Below, one piece after another: positions 47,891 through 57,673 of a stretch of DNA of 64,000 bases. Made by a program: the position numbers and the translations under genes. The stretch is from Candidatus Fermentithermobacillaceae bacterium (GTDB lineage: Bacteria; Bacillota; Sulfobacillia; Fermentithermobacillales; DUSS01): positions 68,571-132,570 of the forward strand of contig JADBKE010000007.1 of NCBI GenBank assembly GCA_014896535.1. The letters are read 5' to 3'. The notes under the pieces were generated by a model. The model worked only from the letters and a program-made list of their open reading frames with translations, was not told where the DNA came from and searched no databases. The stretch's first letter is position 1. Each line of letters opens with the position of its first letter.

Positions 47891-49549
47891 ATGCCCTCTG
47901 CTCGAGCCCGTCTCCCGAGCGTTTTTGTGCTCGCGCTGCTTGTGTTCTTCCAGACGCTCGTCGCCCAAGCGGGTCCTGGTCTCGGCGCCCGTGCGCAGAG
48001 CTCCGCCCCATACGCTGCCGCCGGCGCTGTTACTTCCCTCGCAGCTTCGGCCCCGGGCGCCGCGACCAATGATCCCTGGTACCGGGACCTCGCTGGTCAC
48101 TGGGCCCGTCCCTACGTCCGCGTCTTATGGGAAGAGGAGGTTGCCGACGGCTACGTTTACCCTTCCGGCCGGTCGTATTTTTGGCCCAACAGGCTGTGTG
48201 ATAGGGCGCAATTCCTCCTATTGCTGGCCAAAGCATTTCAGCTCGAACCTTTTGAACCGCCCGTCCCCTCTTATCCGGACGTAGGCCCTTCGTTTACGAT
48301 CCTGAACGGCAAGAAGATTTGGGCGTACGTAGAAGCATGCGTCCGGGCTGGAATTAGTTTCGTCCCCCCAGGACGGAATCTCTTCCCCAACGCCGAGGTT
48401 ACCAGGGAAGACGCCGTGGAGTTTCTCGTGAGATGCCTGGACTTGTGGCCGATGGCTCAGCTCATCCCGGAGGACGAAGCCAGGCGAATCCTTTCGAGGT
48501 TTACCGATGGTCATACGACTTCACGAGAACGGCTCAAAAGCATGGCACTGTCCGTGCGTCTGGGCATCGTTCAAGGCTGCGGCGACGGTACCCTGCAACC
48601 GCGGCGGCCGATGATGAGGTGCGAGATGGCCACCATTGTATACAAAAGCTGCCTGGTGAGGGCCCAGGCGCACCCCCCGTGGTTTTCGCCGGACGGAGAT
48701 GGGGTCGACGAGACCGTCGAGTTCGAATTCACGTGGCTCAAAAACCGGAACATCGTCTCGTGGAACGGCGGGATAACGGATGCCACAGGCCAGACCGTGT
48801 TCACCTTCAACCCGGGTCAAGCCCCGGGGCCGCCTCCCCGTAGGTCGGCGTGGGGCGGGACGGACTCCTCGGGACGACCCCTGCCCGCGGGACAGTACTT
48901 TTACCAGCTCTGGGTGAAGGACAGATTGGGAAACCAGTTCTTCTCGGTCAGGAAGCCCCTGTACCTGGTCAAACACTTTCTAACGGCGCGTCTTCATCCC
49001 GAAATTGCAGCCGACGGTGACACCGTATTTGTCCTGGCCGAAACCAGGCCCGCCGCGCTGGCCGTAACGGCGACTTTTATCTGCGGTCGTACGGTGCCCC
49101 TGGAATCCGCGCCCGGCGCGCAATCGTGGACCGCTACGCTGGAAATGGGTCCGTGGCTTCCCGTGGGAAAACAGCCGGTTGAAGTTCGTGCGGTTTTCCC
49201 AGGCGCTGTCAGGGAAGAAACGCTGTATCTGACAAGGCTCGATCCGCTGACCATCACAGCCGAAGTGAGACCGAATCCGGCGTCACGCGGTCAGACCGTG
49301 TTGCTTCTGGCTTACACCGGGACGGGAGTTGAAGCCGTGACCGCCACGCTTTTTGGAGAAACGATTGCGATGCGCCCGGATGGCCCGACACGGTGGTTAG
49401 GAGAATCCAAGGTACCGATCACGGCGCCTGTCGGTCCCAACGACGTGCTCTTTTCCGCGTTCGCGGACGGGCGTAGGAAGGATTGTATCGTCATTCTGAC
49501 GGTCGAGGAATCTCCCCTCGTCAATCTCACGTTCATCCTGAGCGAATGA
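47891..49549 (+). CDS. S-layer homology (SLH) domain protein with FlgD-like Ig domain
   Basis: Signal peptide; DLAGHWA, VTREDA and IVQG..DGTLQP SLH motifs; FSPDGDG..D and WGGTDSSGRPLPAGQY; start uncertain. Confidence 0.8.
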   Translation: MPSARARLPSVFVLALLVFFQTLVAQAGPGLGARAQSSAPYAAAGAVTSLAASAPGAATNDPWYRDLAGHWARPYVRVLWEEEVADGYVYPSGRSYFWPNRLCDRAQFLLLLAKAFQLEPFEPPVPSYPDVGPSFTILNGKKIWAYVEACVRAGISFVPPGRNLFPNAEVTREDAVEFLVRCLDLWPMAQLIPEDEARRILSRFTDGHTTSRERLKSMALSVRLGIVQGCGDGTLQPRRPMMRCEMATIVYKSCLVRAQAHPPWFSPDGDGVDETVEFEFTWLKNRNIVSWNGGITDATGQTVFTFNPGQAPGPPPRRSAWGGTDSSGRPLPAGQYFYQLWVKDRLGNQFFSVRKPLYLVKHFLTARLHPEIAADGDTVFVLAETRPAALAVTATFICGRTVPLESAPGAQSWTATLEMGPWLPVGKQPVEVRAVFPGAVREETLYLTRLDPLTITAEVRPNPASRGQTVLLLAYTGTGVEAVTATLFGETIAMRPDGPTRWLGESKVPITAPVGPNDVLFSAFADGRRKDCIVILTVEESPLVNLTFILSE

Positions 49550-49572
49550 GCTGTCGCACTTAACGAATGCTC

Positions 49573-50517
49573 TCATCGGGGAATACCCTCATCGGGGAGC
49601 TCCAACGTAACGGGGCCGAACTCACCCTTCCGAAAGCGGGCCAGGTAAAGCTGGGCAGCTCGGGTCAGGTCAACTTCTCCGCCTTTCTTGACCTGACCCG
49701 TTTCCCTTCCGAATTGTTCCAGGAAAAGGAGGGCCGGCTTCGGTGGCGGCCCGGCCGCGTCCTGCAACACCGTTGGCTCGCCGGTGAGCAGTTCGCGGCT
49801 ATCCCCGGAGCGTACCGGCTCCGCCGCCTCCAGGTCGGCTGAAAAACTCGCCCTAAAACCGAACTCGTCAGGCACCCCACCTGGCTTAGCCGGAGCCAGC
49901 CGCTCTATCAGCCAGAGAGCCACTTCCAGCGGGTCGTACCTGGCCTCCGGAATCGCACCGGTGGCAGCTAGGGCCATCAAGGTATCTCCTTTGACCGCGC
50001 CGGGCTCAAGCACACCGGGGGTGTCCAGGAGAAGGAATTCTTCCCCGCACCGTATCCAGTGGATTCCTCGGGTGAGACCGGGCTTTGCGCCGGCGGGTGC
50101 TCTCACCCTGCCGACAAGCCGGTTGATGATGGAGGATTTCCCCACGTTGGGTAAGCCAAAAACCATCAGTTTGAGGGGCCTTTCGAGCGTGCCTGGAGGT
50201 CTCGTCCGGTTCAGCCTTTCCCGTTCGCTCCTGAGGAAGGCGAGGAGCTCTTTCATGCCCTCGCCCGTATTGGCCTGCACGCCAAAGGCTGGCTTCCCCT
50301 CACTTTCCAGGGCGGCAATCCAGCTCCTGGTGGCTGCGGGGTCGGCCAGGTCGGTCCTGGTGAGGACGTAAACGAATTTTCTGGGAGAAAGGTACTTCCT
50401 GGCCACCCGTATCGAAGTCCTCGGTATCCGGGCATCCAGGGCAAACAAGATTACGTCGACGACGGAGAGGAAGGTCCTCCTCCCCGGTGTCATCAAAGGA
50501 TTTCCCCGCCGCTTCAT
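49573..50517 (-). CDS. rbgA: Ribosome biogenesis GTPase RbgA/YlqF
   Basis: DARIP, GLPNVGKSS, PGLTRG and DTPG in circularly permuted order; follows lepB. Confidence 0.9.
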   Translation of the reverse strand: MKRRGNPLMTPGRRTFLSVVDVILFALDARIPRTSIRVARKYLSPRKFVYVLTRTDLADPAATRSWIAALESEGKPAFGVQANTGEGMKELLAFLRSERERLNRTRPPGTLERPLKLMVFGLPNVGKSSIINRLVGRVRAPAGAKPGLTRGIHWIRCGEEFLLLDTPGVLEPGAVKGDTLMALAATGAIPEARYDPLEVALWLIERLAPAKPGGVPDEFGFRASFSADLEAAEPVRSGDSRELLTGEPTVLQDAAGPPPKPALLFLEQFGRETGQVKKGGEVDLTRAAQLYLARFRKGEFGPVTLELPDEGIPR

Positions 50518-51080
50518 CGGATAACCCCGGCGAACTTAAACGGCCAGATTACAATGGACGCCCTTCCTTTGATGAGACGGAGCTCCACGGGGCCGAAGCT
50601 CCTAGAGTCCTCGCTGTTCTGCCTGTTGTCGCCCATGACGAAAACGGTCCCGGGCGGGACCACAAAACTTGACATGCTGAACAGACCGGGGTGGAAGACG
50701 TAAGGCTCCTCGACGAGCTGGCCGTTCCGGTAAACTCTCCCCGTGCGGATTTCTATGACGTCCCCCTCGATTCCGATAACCCGCTTGATGTAATCCTTGG
50801 ACGGGTCAAGGGGGTACCTGAATACGATTACGTCCCCGCGTTTGGGTTTGGAAAAGCGATAGGCGAGCTTGTTCACCAGCAATCGCTCGCCGTCTTTTAG
50901 GGTGGGCATCATAGATGGCCCCTGCACCACATAGGTCTCGACGACAAAAGTTCGTATGAAGATGGCCAGGATGAGGGCCACTACTACGATACTTACGACA
51001 TCCTTCAGGAACTCCACTCTCGTTTTCTCCTTGCGGGGTGAGCCCCGGTTGTCGAGACTACTTTTGCCGCTTTTCCTCAA
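50514..51080 (-). CDS. lepB: Signal peptidase I
   Basis: [15 protein letters not shown] and [11 protein letters not shown]. Confidence 0.96.
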   Translation of the reverse strand: MRKSGKSSLDNRGSPRKEKTRVEFLKDVVSIVVVALILAIFIRTFVVETYVVQGPSMMPTLKDGERLLVNKLAYRFSKPKRGDVIVFRYPLDPSKDYIKRVIGIEGDVIEIRTGRVYRNGQLVEEPYVFHPGLFSMSSFVVPPGTVFVMGDNRQNSEDSRSFGPVELRLIKGRASIVIWPFKFAGVIR

Positions 51081-51405
51081 TGCGGGATTCTTTACCCGAC
51101 AGCCCTCTCAAATAGAACAGTTTCGCCCTGCGCACCCGGCCCCTCCTCAAGACCTCGATCCGGTCGATCCTCGGAGAATGCACGGGAAAAGTCCTCTCGA
51201 CCCCGACTCCGTACGAGACCCTTCGCACCGTAAAGGTTTCCCGGACTCCGCCGCGCTGACGTGCGATAACGGTGCCCTCAAAAGGCTGAATACGTTCGCG
51301 GCCTCCTTCGATTACCTTGTAGTGCACCCTGACGTAATCACCTGGCCTGAAGTCGGGGATATCTTCCCTCATGCCTTCCCGCTCCACAAGGCTCACGAGA
51401 TCCAT
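51058..51405 (-). CDS. rplS: 50S ribosomal protein L19
   Basis: [23 protein letters not shown] and [10 protein letters not shown]. Confidence 0.97.
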   Translation of the reverse strand: MDLVSLVEREGMREDIPDFRPGDYVRVHYKVIEGGRERIQPFEGTVIARQRGGVRETFTVRRVSYGVGVERTFPVHSPRIDRIEVLRRGRVRRAKLFYLRGLSGKESRIEEKRQK

Positions 51406-51441
51406 TGCCATCACCCTTTCCACTTGAACGCTCTGATTCTA

Positions 51442-52248
51442 TCATTTCACACCGGGTTGCGCGCCTCTGCCGGACGCGTTTGTTCCCAAATCGTCGCCGG
51501 CGTCCGCCTCCCAGGCTATCTCCAGAAGCAACTCCCTGTCCTCCGGTGTAAGTACGGCTTTCTCCAGAAGATCCGGTCTTCTCTCGAGAGTGCGCTTGAG
51601 CGACTGCTTCCGCCGCCATCGCCGAATCTTTTCGTGGTCCCCGGACAGCAGGATTTCCGGCACCTTCATACCCCTATACTCGGCGGGCCGAGTGTACTGG
51701 GGCCCCTCCAGGAGACCGTCGGCAAACGATTCGCTTCTGGGCGACTGGTCGCTTCCGAGCACCCCCGGAACGTATCTGGCCACCGCATCCAGTACCACCA
51801 TGGCTGGGATTTCCCCGCCCGTCAGCACGTAATCGCCGATGGATATCTCCCGGTCGGCGAGGTACCTCACGCGCTCGTCGAACCCCTCGTAATGTCCGCA
51901 AATGAGCACGAGATTGGAAATTCCGGCAAGTTCCCGGGCCATCCGGTCGCAGAAAGTCTCGCCCTGGGGAGTCAGAAGGCAAATGTACGGTGCATCTGGA
52001 GACCCTGAACTCGCGATTTCCTCCTTCACAGCATCGACCGCCTCGTAGATGGGTTCGGGCTTCATCACCATACCCGGACCGCCTCCGTACGGGTAGTCAT
52101 CGGCCGTTTTGTGAGCGTCGTGGGTGAAATCCCTTATGTCCACCAGCTTCACCCGGATGACTCCCCGTTCGATGGCCCTGCCGAGAATGCTTGCTCCCAG
52201 TACTCCTGAGAACATCTGGGGAAATAGAGTGAGGATGTAGACGTTCAC
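51442..52248 (-). CDS. trmD: tRNA (guanine37-N1)-methyltransferase
   Basis: TLFP, PYGGGPGMV, CGHYEGFDER, SIGDYVLTGGE and PQYTRP; GTG start at 52248. Confidence 0.97.
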   Translation of the reverse strand: MNVYILTLFPQMFSGVLGASILGRAIERGVIRVKLVDIRDFTHDAHKTADDYPYGGGPGMVMKPEPIYEAVDAVKEEIASSGSPDAPYICLLTPQGETFCDRMARELAGISNLVLICGHYEGFDERVRYLADREISIGDYVLTGGEIPAMVVLDAVARYVPGVLGSDQSPRSESFADGLLEGPQYTRPAEYRGMKVPEILLSGDHEKIRRWRRKQSLKRTLERRPDLLEKAVLTPEDRELLLEIAWEADAGDDLGTNASGRGAQPGVK

Positions 52249-52249
52249 G

Positions 52250-52753
52250 CTACCCGCCCTCTTTTCCCCGATTTCCTTCCAGGCCTCCCGCATCCTGAGT
52301 TGCGGGGTCTTGTGCTGCGCCGGGCTCCCCTTGCGGTCGCATCTTGCGACCCAGGTCTACGCTGAACGACCGCCCGTCCCTGACGGCCAGGACGACACCG
52401 TCCTCTATCACTATTTCGGCGGCCAAGACTTCAGGCCAGATGTCCCCGGGCTTCACCTCGACCAGTCCCTGGACCTGCCCTCTCACCACTTCCTGCCCGA
52501 TTTCAAGACCGGCGATGTCCTCGAGGTTTTTGATGAGGCTCTGCCGCCTCGAAGCCTTGTCCGCCCTTTCTTTTTCCAGCCGGGCTACGGCTTCGCCTTT
52601 AGCTCCCAGGGCCCGGCGCCTGGCGAGCTCTTCCTCGATGGCCCGGAGCTCCAGGTCGAGCCTGCGAATCTCTTCTTGAATATCGCGGGCAAGCTCTTCC
52701 TTGAGTCCAGGCGTTACCCTGGACTTGACGGTGACAGACCTGAATAACAGCAT
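52250..52753 (-). CDS. ylqD: YlqD family protein
   Basis: Coiled coil plus QGLVEVKPGD..EIVIEDG; lies between khpA and trmD. Confidence 0.8.
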   Translation of the reverse strand: MLLFRSVTVKSRVTPGLKEELARDIQEEIRRLDLELRAIEEELARRRALGAKGEAVARLEKERADKASRRQSLIKNLEDIAGLEIGQEVVRGQVQGLVEVKPGDIWPEVLAAEIVIEDGVVLAVRDGRSFSVDLGRKMRPQGEPGAAQDPATQDAGGLEGNRGKEGG

Positions 52754-52778
52754 GGGTCACGCGGGCGCACAGCCGCCA

Positions 52779-53012
52779 TTACTCCAGGATCTCCACGGCC
52801 GCCCTCTTGCCTTCCTTGGCCGCAGCGGCCTGTACGAGGGTCCTGATAGCCCTGACGACCCTGCCCTGCTTGCCTATGACCTTACCCATGTCCTCGGTGG
52901 CTACGCGTACCTCAAAAACGCAGGCCCTCTCGCCTTCAACCTCTTTGACCTGAACGCCGTTGGGATTATCCACTATCGACTTGACGATGAATTCCACAAG
53001 GTCACGCAACAT
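52779..53012 (-). CDS. khpA: KH-domain RNA-binding protein
   Basis: [11 protein letters not shown]; 77 aa, directly after rpsP. Confidence 0.93.
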   Translation of the reverse strand: MLRDLVEFIVKSIVDNPNGVQVKEVEGERACVFEVRVATEDMGKVIGKQGRVVRAIRTLVQAAAAKEGKRAAVEILE

Positions 53013-53036
53013 AACCCATCCTCCTCGTTCGTAAGG

Positions 53037-53318
53037 TTAGCGAGTCCCCTCTTCTTTCCGCAACGCCTGCCATCTTTCCATGATACCCGCTTTTGTCAAT
53101 AGGCTCTTCGCAGTAGGCGTAGGCTGTGCCCCGCGTCTCAACCATAATATAGCTTTTTCCTCTTCCAATTTAAAGGTGGGCGGCTCGGTCCTGGGATTGT
53201 AATACCCCAGTTCGTCGATGCTGCGCCCGTCCCTGGGAGCCCTTGAATCAACCACCACCACGCGGTAGACCGGAGCCTTTTTTGAACCTATCCTCTTGAG
53301 TCTGATCTTTACCGCCAA
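53037..53318 (-). CDS. rpsP: 30S ribosomal protein S16
   Basis: [24 protein letters not shown] and GAQPT; TTG start after GAGGTG. Confidence 0.97.
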   Translation of the reverse strand: MAVKIRLKRIGSKKAPVYRVVVVDSRAPRDGRSIDELGYYNPRTEPPTFKLEEEKAILWLRRGAQPTPTAKSLLTKAGIMERWQALRKEEGTR

Positions 53319-53493
53319 GCTTTCACCTCTCCTTTCTAGAGATTGTGCCGCGAGATTCCCGTTCCGGGCGGTGCCGGTCCCGGTGGACTCACCCGGGCAC
53401 CTGGTTCCGACCGTACCCTCCATTCCCCGGCACGCGCTTTCGCCTATTCCGCACGACGCCGGCAGAAATACTCAACCGCCGACCGCGTCCCGC

Positions 53494-54810
53494 TCAAAAC
53501 GGGAACTTCCCGGCCTTGTCCATGGAAGACAGCCGCGACATCATCTTCCGGACTTCGGCGAACTTCTTAAGGAGCCTGTTGACATCCTGTACCGAAGTAC
53601 CGCTGCCTTTAGCTATTCGCTTCTTTCTGGATCCGTCTATGATCTCGGGTCTCCTTCTCTCCTCCTTTGTCATGGACTGGATGATGGCCTCCACCCGAGT
53701 CCACTCCTTGGGATCTACATCAAGGTCCAATTTCGCCCGGGACAAACCGGGGATCATCCTCAGAATGTCTCCAATGGAGCCCATCTTTCTCATGTCTCTC
53801 ATCTGCTCGAGGAAATCGTCCAGGGTAAACTCGTTTCTCCTGAGTTTCCGGTCGAACTCCCGCGCTTTTGCCTCGTCGATGGCTTCCTGAGCTTTTTCAA
53901 TAAGAGTTAGCACATCGCCCATACCGAGGATCCGCGACGCCATTCTGTCGGGGTGGAAGACCTCGAAATCCTCGAGCTTTTCCCCCACCGAAGCGAAGAG
54001 AACCGGCTTCCCCGTGACCTTGACGACGGACAACGCAGCGCCGCCTCTAGCGTCGGAATCAAGTTTGGTCAGGATTATCCCGGAAATACCCACCTTTTCG
54101 TCGAAAACCTGGGCAACTCTGCATGCCTCCTGTCCCGTCATGGCGTCGACGACGAGGAGTTTTTCCTGCGGCGCGGAAACGGAAGCGATTCTCCTGGCTT
54201 CTTCCATCATATCCTCGTCGATCTGCAGCCGTCCGGCGGTATCGAGGATAACCACGTCGTAGCCCTGCCGTTTCGCCTGACTTATCCCCGCGGCCGCGAT
54301 ATCCTCAGCTTTGGAATTGCCTCCCAGCGTGAAGAACACTGCGCCAGCCTTCTGAGATACGATTTCCAGCTGCCTCTGCGCTGCAGGCCGCCAGACGTCG
54401 CAGGAAACGCACATCACGTGCTTACCCTGTTTCCTGAGAAGAAGAGCGATCTTTCCGGCCGTCGTGGTTTTGCCGGAGCCCTGAAGGCCGAGCAGGAGGA
54501 TTACCGCGGGTGGAGAGCCGGCGAGGTTGAGCCGACGGACGTCCTTTCCCATTATGGCCGCAAGTTCTTCGTATACGATCTTGATCACCTGTTGCGCCGG
54601 GGTAAGGCTGGAAAGTACCTCTTCACCGACGGCTCGCTCGCGTATGTTGGCGATGAATTCCTTTACCACTTTATAGTTGACGTCGGCTTCGAGTAAGCTG
54701 AGCCTGACTTCCCGTAGCGCGGCATCCACGTCTGCCTCGGTGAGCTTCCCTTTTCCCCGGAGCTTTCTGAATATGTCTGAAAGCTTCTGCGTCAGGCCTT
54801 CGAACGGCAC
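53494..54810 (-). CDS. ffh: Signal recognition particle protein
   Basis: GLQGSGKTT, DTAGRL, TKLDSDARGG and M domain; GTG 54810 after AGGAGG. Confidence 0.98.
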   Translation of the reverse strand: MPFEGLTQKLSDIFRKLRGKGKLTEADVDAALREVRLSLLEADVNYKVVKEFIANIRERAVGEEVLSSLTPAQQVIKIVYEELAAIMGKDVRRLNLAGSPPAVILLLGLQGSGKTTTAGKIALLLRKQGKHVMCVSCDVWRPAAQRQLEIVSQKAGAVFFTLGGNSKAEDIAAAGISQAKRQGYDVVILDTAGRLQIDEDMMEEARRIASVSAPQEKLLVVDAMTGQEACRVAQVFDEKVGISGIILTKLDSDARGGAALSVVKVTGKPVLFASVGEKLEDFEVFHPDRMASRILGMGDVLTLIEKAQEAIDEAKAREFDRKLRRNEFTLDDFLEQMRDMRKMGSIGDILRMIPGLSRAKLDLDVDPKEWTRVEAIIQSMTKEERRRPEIIDGSRKKRIAKGSGTSVQDVNRLLKKFAEVRKMMSRLSSMDKAGKFPF

Positions 54811-54910
54811 GCCGTCTCGCCTCCTGGTTTCCTCACCGGTTCCGGCCTCCCTTGCAGCTGCCCCCCACCGGCGACGTTGGACTCCGCGCCCTTGCGGTAG
54901 CCCGCTGGTT

Positions 54911-55261
54911 TCATTTTTCACTTGCGGTGCCCGCTTCTTCCAGAAGCCGCAGGGCCTCTGCCTTCACCGACGTCCAGTTAGACTGGTCCATGGATTCGAG
55001 AAGCTTTTTCAGCCTTTTGAATTTCTGGTTGACTTCTTGACTGTACTTTAGAAAGCCTATTTCCTGCTCAAACCTGTTCAACGCCTCCACGCACGACTGG
55101 AAAGCATCCTGGGCCGCCCCCCTGGATATACCCAGTTCGCAGGCGATCTCCGAAAACGAAAGGTCCTCGTCGAGTTTGAGCCTCGCGACCTCCCTTTGCC
55201 TCGGTGCCAGAAGACCTTCGTAGAGGTCTTTCAGAAGCCCTAGCCTGGCCACTTCGTTCAC
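54911..55261 (-). CDS. ylxM: YlxM-like DNA-binding protein
   Basis: DLYEGLL..RQ..EDLSFSEIA..GISR; directly upstream of ffh; start uncertain. Confidence 0.8.
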   Translation of the reverse strand: MNEVARLGLLKDLYEGLLAPRQREVARLKLDEDLSFSEIACELGISRGAAQDAFQSCVEALNRFEQEIGFLKYSQEVNQKFKRLKKLLESMDQSNWTSVKAEALRLLEEAGTASEK

Positions 55262-55577
55262 GTCACCGGTGACGCCCAGCCTGACCGTCCTCCTTCTTCC
55301 AGCGGCAGTGTACGGGTTACGAGCAATACACCTTGCATTGTAGATGTGCCGGGGAATACAGTCAACATCTTCGGCGGCAGTTTTTGCCCATCGGTATCGC
55401 CACGCCAATGGTGACAAGCGCGGCAAAAGAGCACATCTTCTAAATCTCAGGGCTCTCGTCGGGCGCCACCCAAGAAGAGTCCGCGCTGGAGAAGCGGTGG
55501 TTTTGCGCGGGAAGGATTATCTCGTTCGGGTGCAAAAAAATAAGTCGCAATTCAGGTTCACGGAAGGAGCGTAAACA

Positions 55578-56638
55578 ATGGGCAAAGTTCACATTCCACC
55601 GCCACCGGAAACCCCGCAGAAGATCGTCGTCGAGATGGTTCACGGCCAACGCATCGAGGACCCGTTCCGCTGGCTGGAAGACAGCGACAGTCCCGAGACC
55701 GTAGAATGGACCTCAAAGCAAAACGAGCGCACCGATGCCGTGCTGAGCGGCCTCCCGTGGAAGGCGGGAATCAGGGACGAACTTTACCATCTCCTTTCTC
55801 GCGAAATAGTGGGATCGGTTAAAAGGCGCGGTTCCAAGCTGTTCTTCCTTCGCCGGAGGGCGGGTATGAACCAGCCCATCCTGTGCGTGATGGACGAGAC
55901 GACCCGGGAAGAGAGGATGCTCCTCGACCCCAATAAAGAGAGCGACCGTGGGCTCGTGGCTCTGGACTGGTGGTACCCCTCGCACGACGGCAAGCTCCTT
56001 GCCTACGGCTATTCCCAAAAGGGCGACGAATGGAGCGTGCTCCACGTTCTCGACGTGGCGACGGGGGAGCGTCTCGCCGATCGAATAGAGAGGACGCGGT
56101 ACTCCAGCGTCGCCTGGGACCCGGACGGAAAGGGCTTCTATTACACCCGCTATCCCCGGCCCGGACAGGTTCCCGCAGGCGACGAAAACTACTACAGCCG
56201 CGTCTTCTACCACAAACTGGGCGACGACCCAGCCAACGACCCTCTGATTTTCGGCGAGGGCAGAAGGAAAGAAGACATGTTCTCGGTTGAATACTCGGAC
56301 GACGGCCGCTACCTATTCGTTTCGGCAAGCTCCGGTTGGACCAGGACCGACCTTTATTTCCGCGACGCGTCGGACCCGGAAGCTTCCAGGACGGCGCCGT
56401 TCATCCCGGTGATCGAGGGGGAAGAGGCGCTGTCCTGGGGCATCAGCGTCGGCGACACCCTCTACCTGATGACCAACTTGGGGGCTCCCAGGCAAACTCC
56501 AAACCCTTTCCCCCGGACACGCTCACCCTGCTGCGGGTTGAGTCGGAAGCCGGGCACGGTCAGGGGAAACCCGTGAGCAAGGTGGTGGAAGCGGAGGCGG
56601 AGTCGTGGGCGTTTCTCGAGTGGATGCTCATGAGGTGA
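55578..56638 (+). pseudogene. Prolyl oligopeptidase (S9A) with internal deletion
   Basis: EDPFRWLED..beta-propeller to TNLGAPR (about 56490), then an out-of-frame join to the extreme C-terminus LLRVESEAGHGQGKP..WAFL; GxSxG region absent. Confidence 0.85.
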
Positions 56639-56662
56639 AACGGGCCGGAAGACTCGGTCGCT

Positions 56663-57577
56663 TTAATCTCTGGCGAAAAGAGCCCTGGCGAAGTCGGCGG
56701 GGTCGAAATCTTTGAGGTCATCCAGTCCTTCTCCCGTACCCACGAGCTTGATGGGAAGGCCGAGCTCGCTGGCGATAGCCACGGCGATGCCGCCTTTGGC
56801 GGACCCATCGAGCTTGGTGAGGACGACCCCCGTCACCCCCACCGCTTCCGTAAAGACCCGGGCTTGAGTGAGTCCGTTCTGTCCGGTCGTGCCGTCGATG
56901 ACGAGAAGGACTTCGTGGGGAGCGCCGGGGATCTCCCTGGCGATGACCCTCACGATCTTTCTCAACTCTTCCATCAAGTTTTTCTTTGTGTGAAGCCTGC
57001 CTGCGGTATCCACGATCAAGAGATCCTTTCGACGGGCAAGAGCTGCGTGAGCTGCGTCAAAGGCCACCGCTGCCGGGTCGGAACCCTCCTGGTGCTTTAC
57101 GATTTCCATCCCCACCCGTCTCGACCAGACTTCGAGCTGCTCAACGGCCGCCGCTCTGAACGTATCGCAGGCGGCAGCTATCGCCGTCTTCCCCTGCAAA
57201 ATCCAGCGGTACGCGATCTTCGCCGCAGTCGTGGTTTTACCCGAACCGTTCACCCCTACGAGGAGGTACACCGTCGGGGGACAATCAGAAACTCGAAGCG
57301 GTTTTGACGTTGTACGCAGGATGGTCGAAACTTTTTCCTCAATCAAAGATACTAGCCTGTCGGGATCCTGGAGCTTCTCCCGTTTGACCCTCTCTCTGAC
57401 TTCCTCCACTATTTCCCCCGCCGCTTTGACCCCTACGTCCACCTGTATCAGAAGGGCCTCGATCTCTTCGAAGGATTCCGGCCCGATCGCCCCGGGCCGC
57501 AATGCTCTGTCTATTCCTTCCCGTAGAAAAGCGGAAGTTTTGCTGAGAGACACTTTAAGTTTCTCGAACAATCCCAT
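56663..57577 (-). CDS. ftsY: SRP receptor FtsY
   Basis: [23 protein letters not shown] and [10 protein letters not shown]; downstream of smc. Confidence 0.98.
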   Translation of the reverse strand: MGLFEKLKVSLSKTSAFLREGIDRALRPGAIGPESFEEIEALLIQVDVGVKAAGEIVEEVRERVKREKLQDPDRLVSLIEEKVSTILRTTSKPLRVSDCPPTVYLLVGVNGSGKTTTAAKIAYRWILQGKTAIAAACDTFRAAAVEQLEVWSRRVGMEIVKHQEGSDPAAVAFDAAHAALARRKDLLIVDTAGRLHTKKNLMEELRKIVRVIAREIPGAPHEVLLVIDGTTGQNGLTQARVFTEAVGVTGVVLTKLDGSAKGGIAVAIASELGLPIKLVGTGEGLDDLKDFDPADFARALFARD

Positions 57578-57673
57578 ATCCTTCACCTGCTAACCGCGGA
57601 TTTTCGGCGCCGCTGGCTGGATCGATTATGTCCTCACCCCGAACCTTGCGCCTCACACCTTGCAGCTTACGCC

